A program made the position numbers and the translations under genes. Under the pieces are notes generated by a model. The model was not told the DNA's origin and made no database searches. It worked only from the letters and a program-made list of their open reading frames with translations. From Rikenella microfusus (lineage in GTDB: Bacteria; Bacteroidota; Bacteroidia; Bacteroidales; VadinHA17), in assembly GCA_022736275.1 (NCBI GenBank), contig DZBJ01000013.1:220-64219 (forward strand): 64,000 nucleotides of DNA, given 5' to 3'. Below are positions 54,598 through 64,000 of the stretch, in pieces. The number at the start of each line of letters is the position of its first letter. Positions within the stretch are counted from its first letter, which is position 1.

Positions 54598-56175
54598 TTA
54601 AAATTCTGAGCCGGGCCTTGCGGGGTAGTCAATGGAATAGTGCAGACCCAGACTCTCCTGCCGGTTCTGTGCCATCTTTATTACCAGGTATCCTGCTGCT
54701 ATCAGGTTACGCAACTCTATCAGCTGCCGCGAAAGTGTTGACCGCCGGTAAAGATCCTCCGTCTCCTGGTAGATAATTTCGAGTCTCGTTTTCGCTCTTG
54801 CCAGCCTCAGGTCAGACCTTACAATGCCGACATAGTTGCTCATTATCATCTGCATCTCCCTGTAATTCTGCGTGATGAGAATCATCTCCTCGATATGCGT
54901 GGTGCCATGATAGTTCCACAAGGGGATCTTTTCCTCATAGCTGAGACTGCCTGTGCGTGGCCAGGCATCCTCTGCCGCCCGGTGAGCATACACAGCAGCT
55001 TCAATAAGTGAGTTGGATGCCAGCCTGTTCGCTCCGTGAAGCCCTGTTGATGACACCTCTCCAATGGCGTAAAGCCTGTCTATTGAACTCCTTCCGTTTT
55101 TGTCTACCCTTACACCACCGCAGGAGTAATGCGCTGCCGGAACAACCGGGATCATGTCCCTGGTGATATCGACTCCGGCGGAAAGACATTTCTCATGAAT
55201 GTGCGGGAAATGTGACCTTAATTCATCGCCGTCGAGATGCGTGCAGTCGAGCCAAACGTAATCATCACCCCGCAGCTTCATCTCATTGTCTATTGCTCGT
55301 GCAACAACATCGCGAGGTGCAAGGGAACCGCGTGCATGGTATTTCGGCATGAATTTTTCACCGGCGCTGTTACGCAGCTCCGCTCCAAAGCCTCTCAGGG
55401 CTTCAGTGATGAGGAACGAAGGCCTGACATTGGGGTTATAGAGTGAGGTGGGATGGAACTGGATAAACTCCATGTTTTCAAGGATGCCGTTTGCCCTGTG
55501 AACCATGGCCACACCGTCTCCAGTGGCAACCACAGGGTTGGTGGTCGTCAGGTAGATGTTCCCGCACCCTCCGGTTGCCAGTACCGTCACCCTGGCCAGA
55601 AATGTGGTAACCTGGCTGGTGCTCAGGTCAGCAACATAAGCCCCGTAGCACTTGATGTTTTTCCAATCCCGGGTTACATATTCCCCCAGGTTATGCTGCG
55701 TGAGGAGATCTATCGCAAAGTGATCTTCAAAGATTTTTATATTCGAATGCTCACGCACCTTTTCTATCAGCACCTTCTCTATCTCCGCTCCCGTGGAGTC
55801 CTTGTGATGAAGGATCCTGTGCTCGGTATGGCCACCCTCCATTGCCATGTCAAGCATACCGTCAGGCTTCTTGTCGAAGTTGACCCCCATCTCTATCAGC
55901 TCCCGGATGCGGTCCGGAGCCTCGCTGACCACCATCCTGACAACCTCCTCATTGCAGTAGCCTGCTCCGGCAACCATAGTGTCCCTGACATGCTTCTCAA
56001 AGTTGTCAGGCTCATACATGACTGCAGCAATACCTCCCTGGGCATAGTTCGTACTGCAGTCCTCCATTTTGGCTTTGGTTATGACGCAAACGCTTCCGTG
56101 AGCAGCAGCCTTAAGGGCGAATGAAAGACCAGCTATGCCTGACCCTATTACGAGAAAATCACACCGAACTTTCAT
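54598..56175 (-). CDS. nadB: L-aspartate oxidase
   Basis: DFLVIGSGIAGLSFA...YAQGGIAA...HGANRLASNSLIE. 525 aa. Confidence 0.93.
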   Translation of the reverse strand: MKVRCDFLVIGSGIAGLSFALKAAAHGSVCVITKAKMEDCSTNYAQGGIAAVMYEPDNFEKHVRDTMVAGAGYCNEEVVRMVVSEAPDRIRELIEMGVNFDKKPDGMLDMAMEGGHTEHRILHHKDSTGAEIEKVLIEKVREHSNIKIFEDHFAIDLLTQHNLGEYVTRDWKNIKCYGAYVADLSTSQVTTFLARVTVLATGGCGNIYLTTTNPVVATGDGVAMVHRANGILENMEFIQFHPTSLYNPNVRPSFLITEALRGFGAELRNSAGEKFMPKYHARGSLAPRDVVARAIDNEMKLRGDDYVWLDCTHLDGDELRSHFPHIHEKCLSAGVDITRDMIPVVPAAHYSCGGVRVDKNGRSSIDRLYAIGEVSSTGLHGANRLASNSLIEAAVYAHRAAEDAWPRTGSLSYEEKIPLWNYHGTTHIEEMILITQNYREMQMIMSNYVGIVRSDLRLARAKTRLEIIYQETEDLYRRSTLSRQLIELRNLIAAGYLVIKMAQNRQESLGLHYSIDYPARPGSEF

Positions 56176-56258
56176 ACAGCCATTTTCAGAAACGAAACGT
56201 AAAGATACAAATTGATTTTACACATTTTCCCCTGATTGTAAAACCGCGGATTTTAATA

Positions 56259-56266
56259 TACTTTTG
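56259..56266 (+). promoter_or_regulatory. Bacteroidota -7 promoter box TACTTTTG
   Basis: Exact TAnnTTTG match 32 nt upstream of the glyQS ATG. Confidence 0.5.
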
Positions 56267-56297
56267 CCCGGTTAACACGCAGTACCTATATAATAAT

Positions 56298-57845
56298 ATG
56301 GCCCAGGAAGATATCTTTAAGAAACTCGTCGCACACTGCAAAGAGTACGGTTATGTTTTCCCCTCAAGCGAAATTTATGACGGGCTGGGGGCAGTGTATG
56401 ACTACGGTCAGTACGGGGTTGAACTGAAAAACAACATCAAGAAGTACTGGTGGGACAGCATGGTACTGCTGCATGAAAACATTGTAGGACTTGATTCGGC
56501 AATATTCATGCATCCGACAATCTGGAAAGCATCCGGACATGTTGATGCCTTCAATGACCCTCTTATAGACAACAGGGACAGCAAAAAGAGATACCGGGCC
56601 GATGTGCTTATTGAAGAGCAGCTTGAAAAACTCGACGAGAAGAGAGAGAAGGAGGTTGAAAAAGCCAGGAGCCGTTTCGGGGAGAAGTTTGACGAAGCAC
56701 TATACAGGTCAACTAATCCGCGTGTTGTGGAGATCACTGAAAAGTATGACCTGCTTCATAAAAGATTTGTTGATGCCATGGCGGGCCCCGACCTGGCAGA
56801 GCTCAGGCAGATAATAGTAGATAACGAGATAGTGTGCCCTGTCTCAGGAACAAAAAACTGGACTGATGTCAGGCAATTCAACCTGATGTTCGCCACTGAG
56901 ATAGGATCAACCTCCGACGGCGCCCTGAAGATATACCTCCGGCCCGAAACGGCCCAGGGTATCTTCGTTAATTTTCTGAATGTGCAGAAGAGCGGCCGCA
57001 TGAAGATCCCCTTTGGCATAGCACAGATTGGCAAGGCCTTCAGGAATGAGATCGTTGCACGGCAGTTCATCTTCCGCATGCGCGAATTCGAACAGATGGA
57101 GATGCAGTTCTTCGTCAGACCTGGTACCGAGCTGGAGTGGTTCGGCAAGTGGAAGGAGGCGAGGATGAAGTGGCACCGTGCCCTCGGTTTCGGCAATGAA
57201 AACTACCGGTTCCATGACCACGACAAACTGGCTCATTATGCCAACGCAGCAACTGACATCGAGTATAAATTCCCCTTCGGATTCAAGGAAGTTGAGGGAA
57301 TCCATTCAAGGACCGACTTCGACCTCAGGCAGCACCAGGAATTCAGCGGGAAAAAGATGCAGTACTTTGATCCGGAACTGAACGAATCGTATACACCTTA
57401 TGTGATCGAGACCTCCATTGGTGTCGACCGCATGTTCCTCCAGGTAATGGCAGCTTCATACTACGAGGAAGATCTTTCGAAAGACGGTGTTCCTGACAGC
57501 AGGGTCGTACTGAGACTCCCTTCAGTGCTTGCCCCGGTGAAGCTGGCAGTGCTTCCGCTGGTGCGTAAGGACGGGCTTCCCGATATCTCGCGAAAGATCA
57601 TTGACGGTCTGAAGTTCGACTTCAACTGCCAGTATGACGAGAAGGATTCGATAGGAAAACGCTATCGCAGACAGGATGCAATCGGAACACCATACTGCAT
57701 CACTATTGACTACCAGACCGCAGAGGATGAAACAGTCACAATCAGGTACCGCGACTCAATGCTCCAGGAGCGTGTGCCGATAGCACAGCTGAGATCGATC
57801 ATCGCTGATAAGGTCAGCATGCAGGAGCAGCTTAAAAAACTCTGA
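56298..57845 (+). CDS. glyQS: Glycine--tRNA ligase (dimeric class II type)
   Basis: MAQEDIFKKLVAHCKEYGYVFPSSEIYDGLGAVYDYGQYGVELKNNIK. The ORF-track start at 56121 overlaps nadB. Confidence 0.95.
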   Translation: MAQEDIFKKLVAHCKEYGYVFPSSEIYDGLGAVYDYGQYGVELKNNIKKYWWDSMVLLHENIVGLDSAIFMHPTIWKASGHVDAFNDPLIDNRDSKKRYRADVLIEEQLEKLDEKREKEVEKARSRFGEKFDEALYRSTNPRVVEITEKYDLLHKRFVDAMAGPDLAELRQIIVDNEIVCPVSGTKNWTDVRQFNLMFATEIGSTSDGALKIYLRPETAQGIFVNFLNVQKSGRMKIPFGIAQIGKAFRNEIVARQFIFRMREFEQMEMQFFVRPGTELEWFGKWKEARMKWHRALGFGNENYRFHDHDKLAHYANAATDIEYKFPFGFKEVEGIHSRTDFDLRQHQEFSGKKMQYFDPELNESYTPYVIETSIGVDRMFLQVMAASYYEEDLSKDGVPDSRVVLRLPSVLAPVKLAVLPLVRKDGLPDISRKIIDGLKFDFNCQYDEKDSIGKRYRRQDAIGTPYCITIDYQTAEDETVTIRYRDSMLQERVPIAQLRSIIADKVSMQEQLKKL

Positions 57846-57846
57846 G

Positions 57847-59133
57847 ATGAGAACCGGTCCGGCCAAGGTTCTGATAATAACCTACTACTGGCCTCCCAGC
57901 GGAGGTGCGGGAGTACAGCGCTGGCTCAAATTCGCCAAATACCTTCCCGCCTCGGGCTGGATTCCCGTTGTGCTGACTGTTTTGCCGGAATATGCTGCAT
58001 ACCCATATAAGGATACCTCGCTTTACGGTGAGATACCTATTGACGCGGAGGTGCACAGGACAAAGGCTGTCAATTATTTCGCCCTCTACGGCAGAGACCA
58101 GTCAAAAATACCTGGTGCCGGGTTCGCTTCGGGAACTGAAAAGGGACTAAAGAATATGATCAGCCGGTTTATCCGTGGGAATTTCTTTATTCCCGATCCC
58201 CGCATAGGATGGAACAGGTATGCCTTCCGTAAAGCCTGCGAGCTCATTAAAACAGAGAATATCACTCATGTGATAACTACCAGCCCGCCGCACTCCACAC
58301 AACTGATCGGGCTGAGACTGAAACGCCGCTTTCCGCAAATAAAGTGGGTGGCTGACATGCGAGATCCATGGACCGACATCTATTATTATGATATGTTCCG
58401 GCCGTCACTGCCTGCCAGGATGCTTGACAGGCATCTTGAGAGAAGCGTGCTCACGAAGGCAGATACCGTGATTACCGTGGGACATGCCCTTGCCTCGGTG
58501 CTGGAGGGGAAATCAGGTGAAACGGAAAAGAAGATCAGGGTGTTGCCCAACGGTTTTGACGAAGAGGATTTTGAGGGAATTAAACCAACCCTGCCCGATA
58601 AATTTACCATAACATATGTGGGGACCCTGTCGCCTGCATATCCCGTCGGAGGATTTATCGATGCCGTAACCGAGACCAGGAGAAGAGGTATCTCCCTGGC
58701 AATGAAATTTGTGGGCACAGTCCCGGGGCCGATACAAGAGCTGTTTCCTGCCGATGATGAAGACCGGAAACCGGAGTTCATCAATTATTGCGAACATCCT
58801 GTTGCGATAAGACACATGATGGATTCCAGCTTGTTGCTTCTGATCATCCCTGACCACCCTTCCAGCAGGTCAATCCTTACAGGCAAGATATTTGAATACC
58901 TTGCAACGGAAAAGCCGATCCTGTTCCTGGGTCCGGCTGACGGGGATGCAGCACGACTGCTCTCACTATGCGGGTACCAGGGCATATTCGGGTATGATGA
59001 TGTGCAGGGTATCAGCGATTTTATCATAAAGGTTGTCCGTGGCAAACCGGTAAAGCGAAGCGGTCACCATCTCGAGTACTCACGAAGGGCACTGGCTGTC
59101 AAGCTTGGAAGCCTGCTCGACGAGGTTCTATAA
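57847..59133 (+). CDS. Glycosyltransferase (GT4/GT1-like, GT-B fold)
   Basis: VLIITYYWPPSGGAGVQRWLKFAKYL N-terminus and a C-terminal ...GKIFEYLATEKPILFLGP sugar-donor-binding-like segment. The start is 1 nt after the glyQS stop. Confidence 0.75.
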   Translation: MRTGPAKVLIITYYWPPSGGAGVQRWLKFAKYLPASGWIPVVLTVLPEYAAYPYKDTSLYGEIPIDAEVHRTKAVNYFALYGRDQSKIPGAGFASGTEKGLKNMISRFIRGNFFIPDPRIGWNRYAFRKACELIKTENITHVITTSPPHSTQLIGLRLKRRFPQIKWVADMRDPWTDIYYYDMFRPSLPARMLDRHLERSVLTKADTVITVGHALASVLEGKSGETEKKIRVLPNGFDEEDFEGIKPTLPDKFTITYVGTLSPAYPVGGFIDAVTETRRRGISLAMKFVGTVPGPIQELFPADDEDRKPEFINYCEHPVAIRHMMDSSLLLLIIPDHPSSRSILTGKIFEYLATEKPILFLGPADGDAARLLSLCGYQGIFGYDDVQGISDFIIKVVRGKPVKRSGHHLEYSRRALAVKLGSLLDEVL

Positions 59134-60630
59134 CCTGTTCTTCATTTTAGCCATGAACGATACGAAGAGCCCGTTCATGTCATCCGAAAGCCTCCAGAAG
59201 TAGACCCCTCCAATAAAAATGAATGTCACCAGGAGGCTTCTAATAATGATATCAGGTATCAGAGTGATCTGAGGTATGAGAAAGCCTGCACTTGCTGCAG
59301 CCAAACCCACAATTGTCATTTTCAGGTGTCCCATGCCGTACGGCCAGAGGCCGAACCTCCTGCCAACCACAACTACCCCGAGCATATTATAGATAATATT
59401 TGAGACCATCGCTGCAAGGGCGGCACCTGTTATGCCAAACAATGGAATGAATATCATGCTTGTTGTTACGAAAAGAGCTATCAGGATAAACATCAGCCAG
59501 GTCTGGTACCTGTATAATGCTGAGGTGCTTAAAATTACACCGTTAATCCCTGCCGACACGCTTACAAGGTTCCCAAGACCTATTAGGATGATTACCGCTG
59601 AACTGCTTCTGTAAACGTCAGGCAGGAGCCGGAAAATGTTTTCAATGTTGACCAGCAGACCGATGAAAATGAGCAACCCCATTGCATACTGGTTGATGCT
59701 GCTCCTTGAGTACATGTCATCAATTGTTTCAAGGTCATCTTTCTTCCATGACTCTGCAACGAAAGGGATGGATATCTTCGCCACCGACCTGCCCGGCAAT
59801 AAAATAAGCACGGCAAAATATGAGGCAATCGAATAGATGCCAACCTCACCCTCCCCCAGGTACCTGTTGATGAATAGCTTATCGAACGTGGTGAGTGCAA
59901 TGGTGCTGAAGCCGGTGAGCATCCCGAAAAGACAGAGAATGATTATCTCGCGGCGCAGCTGAGGAGTGATGAAACCCGGCTCAAACTTCAGAGAAATCTC
60001 ACCCCTGGCAAGCAGGCTGATGAAGATAATGATCAGCAGAACTCCCTGCGAGACAACATATCCGAATACATACCCGCTGAAATCGATCAGTCCCACCCAG
60101 AAGAGAGCTATCAGCACAAGATTAAAGATTCTGAACAGGAACTCTCTCAGGAATGTTCCGAGCACAGCATCGTACAGTACTTTGTTATAGTTGTCCAGCA
60201 GGTTGAACAGCAATGTAACAAGCAGCAGGGCGGGAAGATAAAAGGAGTATTCGGAGATAAGCGGAGAACGTTCAATGTTCGCCGTCTCGAAATGGGGCGA
60301 ATAAAACCTCAGAAAGACAAGGGCGGCAATAAACCCGGCAAGCGTTATTGTAAGGGAGAGGGCCAGAAAGCCGTGATGCCGGCCACGGCTCTCCCTGAAA
60401 TATGGAAAAAGCCTGTTGATCACATTGATAAAGCCGAGGCTCGAGAACTGAGCCAGCATGGTGGCAAATGAGAGCAGGAGCTGTACCACACCGATCTCAC
60501 CGGTGGAAAAGATCTTCGGTGAAAGAAGGGCAATGTTCACAAAGCCAAGCAGGGCGCCAATGTAAGACCATGCTGTACCGCGAAGTGTCTGCCGCTGAAC
60601 TATTCCCATCTCACTTTCTTGTACCGGCAA
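59128..60630 (-). CDS. Oligosaccharide/polysaccharide flippase (MOP/Wzx-like)
   Basis: 500 aa with about 12-14 TM helices and a typical Wzx-like N-terminus (LRGTAWSYIGALLGFVN). An alternative start at 60609 is possible. Confidence 0.75.
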   Translation of the reverse strand: MPVQESEMGIVQRQTLRGTAWSYIGALLGFVNIALLSPKIFSTGEIGVVQLLLSFATMLAQFSSLGFINVINRLFPYFRESRGRHHGFLALSLTITLAGFIAALVFLRFYSPHFETANIERSPLISEYSFYLPALLLVTLLFNLLDNYNKVLYDAVLGTFLREFLFRIFNLVLIALFWVGLIDFSGYVFGYVVSQGVLLIIIFISLLARGEISLKFEPGFITPQLRREIIILCLFGMLTGFSTIALTTFDKLFINRYLGEGEVGIYSIASYFAVLILLPGRSVAKISIPFVAESWKKDDLETIDDMYSRSSINQYAMGLLIFIGLLVNIENIFRLLPDVYRSSSAVIILIGLGNLVSVSAGINGVILSTSALYRYQTWLMFILIALFVTTSMIFIPLFGITGAALAAMVSNIIYNMLGVVVVGRRFGLWPYGMGHLKMTIVGLAAASAGFLIPQITLIPDIIIRSLLVTFIFIGGVYFWRLSDDMNGLFVSFMAKMKNRL

Positions 60631-60672
60631 ATGTATAATAATATACTCATTTGAATTAAGGATCAGTTGGTG

Positions 60673-60680
60673 TATTTTTG
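60673..60680 (+). promoter_or_regulatory. Bacteroidota -7 promoter box TATTTTTG
   Basis: Exact TAnnTTTG match 45 nt upstream of the 60725 start. A TTG lies at 60666-60668. Confidence 0.5.
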
Positions 60681-60724
60681 TCGGATGATATCAACCTGGA
60701 AATTTTCCTCATAAAGCCTATCCG

Positions 60725-63187
60725 ATGAAATTGAGCATATTGAAACCTGCCCTGCCGCACCTTATTGGGGTGCTTGTCTTTACAGTGATCTCCTTCCTCT
60801 ATTTTTACCCGGTCCTTGAAGGAAGAAAAATAAATGCGCATGACACAAAGGTCTATGAGGGCTCCTCGAAGGAGATAAGCGACTACCGCGACAAGTACGG
60901 AAAGGAACCATTATGGACCAACTCAATGTTTGGAGGAATGCCTGCATATATGATCTCTGCAAAGTACCCGGGAAATCTGTTCAAGCATCTTGACAATTTT
61001 CTGAAGCTGTACAGGACGCCCGTTGCCGCACTGTTTCTCTCGATGCTCGGTTTCTATATCCTGCTGCTCTTTTGCAGGGTGAACCCATGGCTTGCCCTGG
61101 GAGGTGCAATCGCCTACGGATTTGCTTCATATCTCTTCGTCAGCCTGTCGGCGGGGCACAATACGAAAGCCTACGCCATGGCATACATGGCGCCTGTGGT
61201 TGGCAGTGTGATATATTCCTTCCGGAAGCATGCACTGACGGGAGGTATACTCTTTGCATTGTTTATGTCTCTCGAACTGATGGCCAACCACTTCCAGATT
61301 ACATATTATACCGGCCTGATAGTATTGGTATTCGGCATCTTCGAGCTGGCCGATGCCATTAAGAAGAAGACAATTCCATCCTTCCTTAAGACCCTGGGGA
61401 TCCTCGTGGCTGCAGCACTGATTGCCTTCAGCGTCAACTTCGCTTCACTCTATTCGACATGGGAGTACGGCAAGGAATCTACCAGGGGTAAAAGCGAGCT
61501 GTCAAATGCAGGAGGTAAGGTTGAGACGGGTCTTGATAAGGAATACATAACGCAGTGGAGCTACGGGATCGACGAATCACTGACTTTCCTGATCCCAAAT
61601 TTCAGGGGAGGGGCAACCGCACCGTTTCCCAATGACTCCGAGACCGTAAAAATCCTTCGGAAAAACAATATGGCCCAGGCACAGGGTCAGGTTTTCAGGT
61701 ACTGGGGGAAACAACCGTCAACCAGCGGACCGGTATATTTCGGGGCTGTGGTGCTCTTCCTCTTCATACTGGGACTCCTGATCGTCAAAGGCAGGGAGAA
61801 ATGGTGGATCCTAACTGCCGTCCTGCTCTCACTGCTTCTCTCCTGGGGCAAGAACCTGATGCCGCTTACTTCCCTCTTCATAGATTTCTTCCCGGGTTAT
61901 GACAAATTCAGGGCTGTCTCAATGACACTCGTAATTGCGGGAGTATGTGTTCCGTTGCTTGCCCTCCTGGCTATCAATGCAATAATGGAAGGTTCCGTCA
62001 CGAAAGACAAGGCCCTGAAATCGGTTTTGACTGCCGCCCTGATAACAGGAGGCCTTGCCTTTATCTTCTTCCTCCTGCCCGGACTGGCAGGATCATTCCT
62101 GCGGCCTGATGAGAAGTCCCTTCCCGACTCACTCTCGTGGCTGCGCGATGCAATGATAGCAGACCGGAAGATGATGGTGCGCACCGATGCCCTCAGGTCA
62201 GCCCTGCTGATAGCCGGAGGAGCAGCGTTGCTCTGGTTCTTCCTGAAAGAAAAACTAAAGCTCAGATATTTTCTGATAGGCCTGCCGGTACTGTTCCTCA
62301 TTGACCAGATCCCTATAAGTGCAAGATTTCTCGGAGCATCAAATTTTGAGACGAAAAGAGAGGCTGTCAACTCCTTTGCCCCCACGCCCGCTGATAAGGA
62401 GATCCTTCAGGACCAGGGGGAATTCCGCGTGCTGAACCTTACTGTTTCAGTGTTCAACGATGCGTCAACATCATACCACCATCAATCAATAGGGGGCTAC
62501 AGCGGTGTCAAGATGAAGAGATACCAGGAGCTCATTGAGTCGAGCCTCACGGATGATATCAATTCCCTTATCACCAGTCTCCGGTCTGCTGCATCATGGG
62601 AAGATGCAGAGGGATTCATGAAGAGTCTCAATGCCCTCAATATGCTCAATACCAGATACATCATAATTGACCCCAACAGTCCTCCCCTGCTGAACAGGTA
62701 TGCCGCCGGCAACGCCTGGCTCGTGGAAAGAGTAACGATTGCAGAAAATGCAGATGCCGAGCTGAAGGCAATCAGTACCCTGAATCTACTGAGTGACGCT
62801 GTAGTTGACAGGAAATTCGCGGGCATGGTACCTGTCTCTGAATACCGGGTTGGGGCTTCCGATACACTCTTCCTGGAGTCGTATGAGCCAAACCTGCTGA
62901 CATATAAAGCCACCCTGTCATCAGAAAGAGTGGCAATCTTCTCTGAAATATACTATAAGTACGGCTGGCAGGCATTCATTGACGATGTGCCGGCTGACCA
63001 CTTCAGAACTGACTATGTTCTCAGGGGCATGTTGTTACCCGCCGGAAGCCATACCATTACTTTCCGTTTTGAACCTGAATCATACAGGCTTGGCAACAGG
63101 GTTTCACTGGCAGGCTCGGTAATACTGCTTGCATTGCTTGCCCTGGCTGGCTTCCGGGTGTTTAAAGCACAACGCCGAAATGACTGA
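60725..63187 (+). CDS. YfhO family membrane protein (GT-C-like)
   Basis: 820 aa. N-terminal FYPVLEGRKINAHDTKVYEG...PLWTNSMFGGMPAY, many TM helices and a C-terminal TM anchor. Confidence 0.75.
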   Translation: MKLSILKPALPHLIGVLVFTVISFLYFYPVLEGRKINAHDTKVYEGSSKEISDYRDKYGKEPLWTNSMFGGMPAYMISAKYPGNLFKHLDNFLKLYRTPVAALFLSMLGFYILLLFCRVNPWLALGGAIAYGFASYLFVSLSAGHNTKAYAMAYMAPVVGSVIYSFRKHALTGGILFALFMSLELMANHFQITYYTGLIVLVFGIFELADAIKKKTIPSFLKTLGILVAAALIAFSVNFASLYSTWEYGKESTRGKSELSNAGGKVETGLDKEYITQWSYGIDESLTFLIPNFRGGATAPFPNDSETVKILRKNNMAQAQGQVFRYWGKQPSTSGPVYFGAVVLFLFILGLLIVKGREKWWILTAVLLSLLLSWGKNLMPLTSLFIDFFPGYDKFRAVSMTLVIAGVCVPLLALLAINAIMEGSVTKDKALKSVLTAALITGGLAFIFFLLPGLAGSFLRPDEKSLPDSLSWLRDAMIADRKMMVRTDALRSALLIAGGAALLWFFLKEKLKLRYFLIGLPVLFLIDQIPISARFLGASNFETKREAVNSFAPTPADKEILQDQGEFRVLNLTVSVFNDASTSYHHQSIGGYSGVKMKRYQELIESSLTDDINSLITSLRSAASWEDAEGFMKSLNALNMLNTRYIIIDPNSPPLLNRYAAGNAWLVERVTIAENADAELKAISTLNLLSDAVVDRKFAGMVPVSEYRVGASDTLFLESYEPNLLTYKATLSSERVAIFSEIYYKYGWQAFIDDVPADHFRTDYVLRGMLLPAGSHTITFRFEPESYRLGNRVSLAGSVILLALLALAGFRVFKAQRRND

Positions 63188-64000
63188 GGCGATGGGTTGT
63201 CTTGTCTGCGGAGAGACTGAATTCACTGACCTGTTTGCAACAAAGGATCACCTTGTCAGCGGCGAAAGCTTTTTCGTCAGAAGATGCACTGCCTGCAGCT
63301 TCACATTTACGGCAGATCCTCCGGCTGAAGAGGAGATCGGCAGGTACTACCTGTCAGAGGAATATATATCCCACTCCGACAAAAAGCAGACTCTTACCGA
63401 ACGCCTCTATCATCTGGCCAGGAGATATATGCTCGGACGTAAACACAGGATGGTTACCGCCGTCACTCACAGGGAGTCAGGCACACTGCTTGATATCGGA
63501 AGCGGCACAGGCTATTTTGCCTCGTTCATGAACAAAAAGGGATGGGAGGTGACCGGCATCGAACTGAATGCACAGGCAAGGAATGATTCCGTTACCAGGT
63601 TCGGGATCAGTGTCCTTCCTCCGGCAGAGATAAAGGCTATTCCTGACCGATCAGCCGACTGTATCACATTCTGGCATGTCCTTGAGCATCTCCATGACCC
63701 GGTGATGTGGATGCGGGAGGTCAAAAGGATCCTTAAAGATGACGGTAAATGCATTATCGCGCTGCCAAACCCGGATTCTGCCGATGCAAGATGGTTTGGC
63801 GACCGGTGGGCTGCCCTGGATGTGCCCAGGCACCTGTGGCACTTCACACCCGCGACCCTGAGCCGTTTTGCAGGTAACCAGGGCTTTAAAAGTGGTAGGA
63901 TAAGGGCACTGCCCCTGGATATATTTTATATCTCTGCCATGAGCTACAGGAATATCGGATGCCGGCTTCCGCTTTTCCGGGGTATCTTAACGGGCACATT
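63180..64000 (+). CDS. Class I SAM-dependent methyltransferase (3' partial, absent from the ORF track because it runs off the window)
   Basis: My own translation from the ATG at 63180: MTEAMGCLVCGETEF...CTACSF (Zn-ribbon-like) ...GTLLDIGSGTGYFASFM...WHVLEHLHDP...ALPNPDSADARWFGDRWAALDVPRHLWHF. The start overlaps the yfhO stop (ATGACTGA). Confidence 0.8.
   Translation, partial: MTEAMGCLVCGETEFTDLFATKDHLVSGESFFVRRCTACSFTFTADPPAEEEIGRYYLSEEYISHSDKKQTLTERLYHLARRYMLGRKHRMVTAVTHRESGTLLDIGSGTGYFASFMNKKGWEVTGIELNAQARNDSVTRFGISVLPPAEIKAIPDRSADCITFWHVLEHLHDPVMWMREVKRILKDDGKCIIALPNPDSADARWFGDRWAALDVPRHLWHFTPATLSRFAGNQGFKSGRIRALPLDIFYISAMSYRNIGCRLPLFRGILTGT

Noticed and set aside
63202-63531. 109-aa + strand ORF from the track
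   Set aside because: Its composition is not protein-like. A different frame starting at 63180 gives a clean SAM-methyltransferase with an LDIGSGTGYF motif that stays open to the window end.

Overview
This is a chromosomal segment of a Bacteroidota genome. The phylum call rests on a SusC/SusD pair, a T9SS type B C-terminal sorting domain, DUF2723 and YfhO membrane proteins, and exact TAnnTTTG -7 promoter boxes. G+C is about half by eye. Coding density is high: about 53 protein genes plus one tRNA-Leu(CAA).

Housekeeping content:
- rplM-rpsI, rpsB-tsf, pyrH-frr
- purD, dxs, nadB, glyQS, dusB
- sdhCAB/frdCAB
- guanine deaminase, mpg, dCMP deaminase

Accessory content:
- a 5'-partial surface repeat protein
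- a SusC/SusD locus next to a D-aminoacylase lipoprotein and an unknown secreted protein
- a three-gene operon led by an unusually fused ABCG-type transporter
- a radical SAM/SPASM plus Ntn-acylase pair
- a four-gene ECF sigma/FecR operon flanked by paralogous CarboxypepD_reg proteins, one carrying an STN signalling domain but no barrel
- an envelope-glycan cluster (GT4, flippase, YfhO, methyltransferase)

The clearest non-coding signals lie between dxs and the ytxH-like trio. Two direct copies of a structured intergenic element of about 140-190 nt bracket a DUF1080 gene. Microsatellite-like heptamer, 14-mer and 16-mer repeats are present, and one of them extends the dxs reading frame. Two tandem hairpin modules with compensatory stem changes, plus direct and inverted fragments of the tRNA-Leu 5' end, sit just upstream of that tRNA.

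I saw no CRISPR array, transposase, integrase or recognisable defence genes. All functional calls come from motif recognition by eye; no searches were run.
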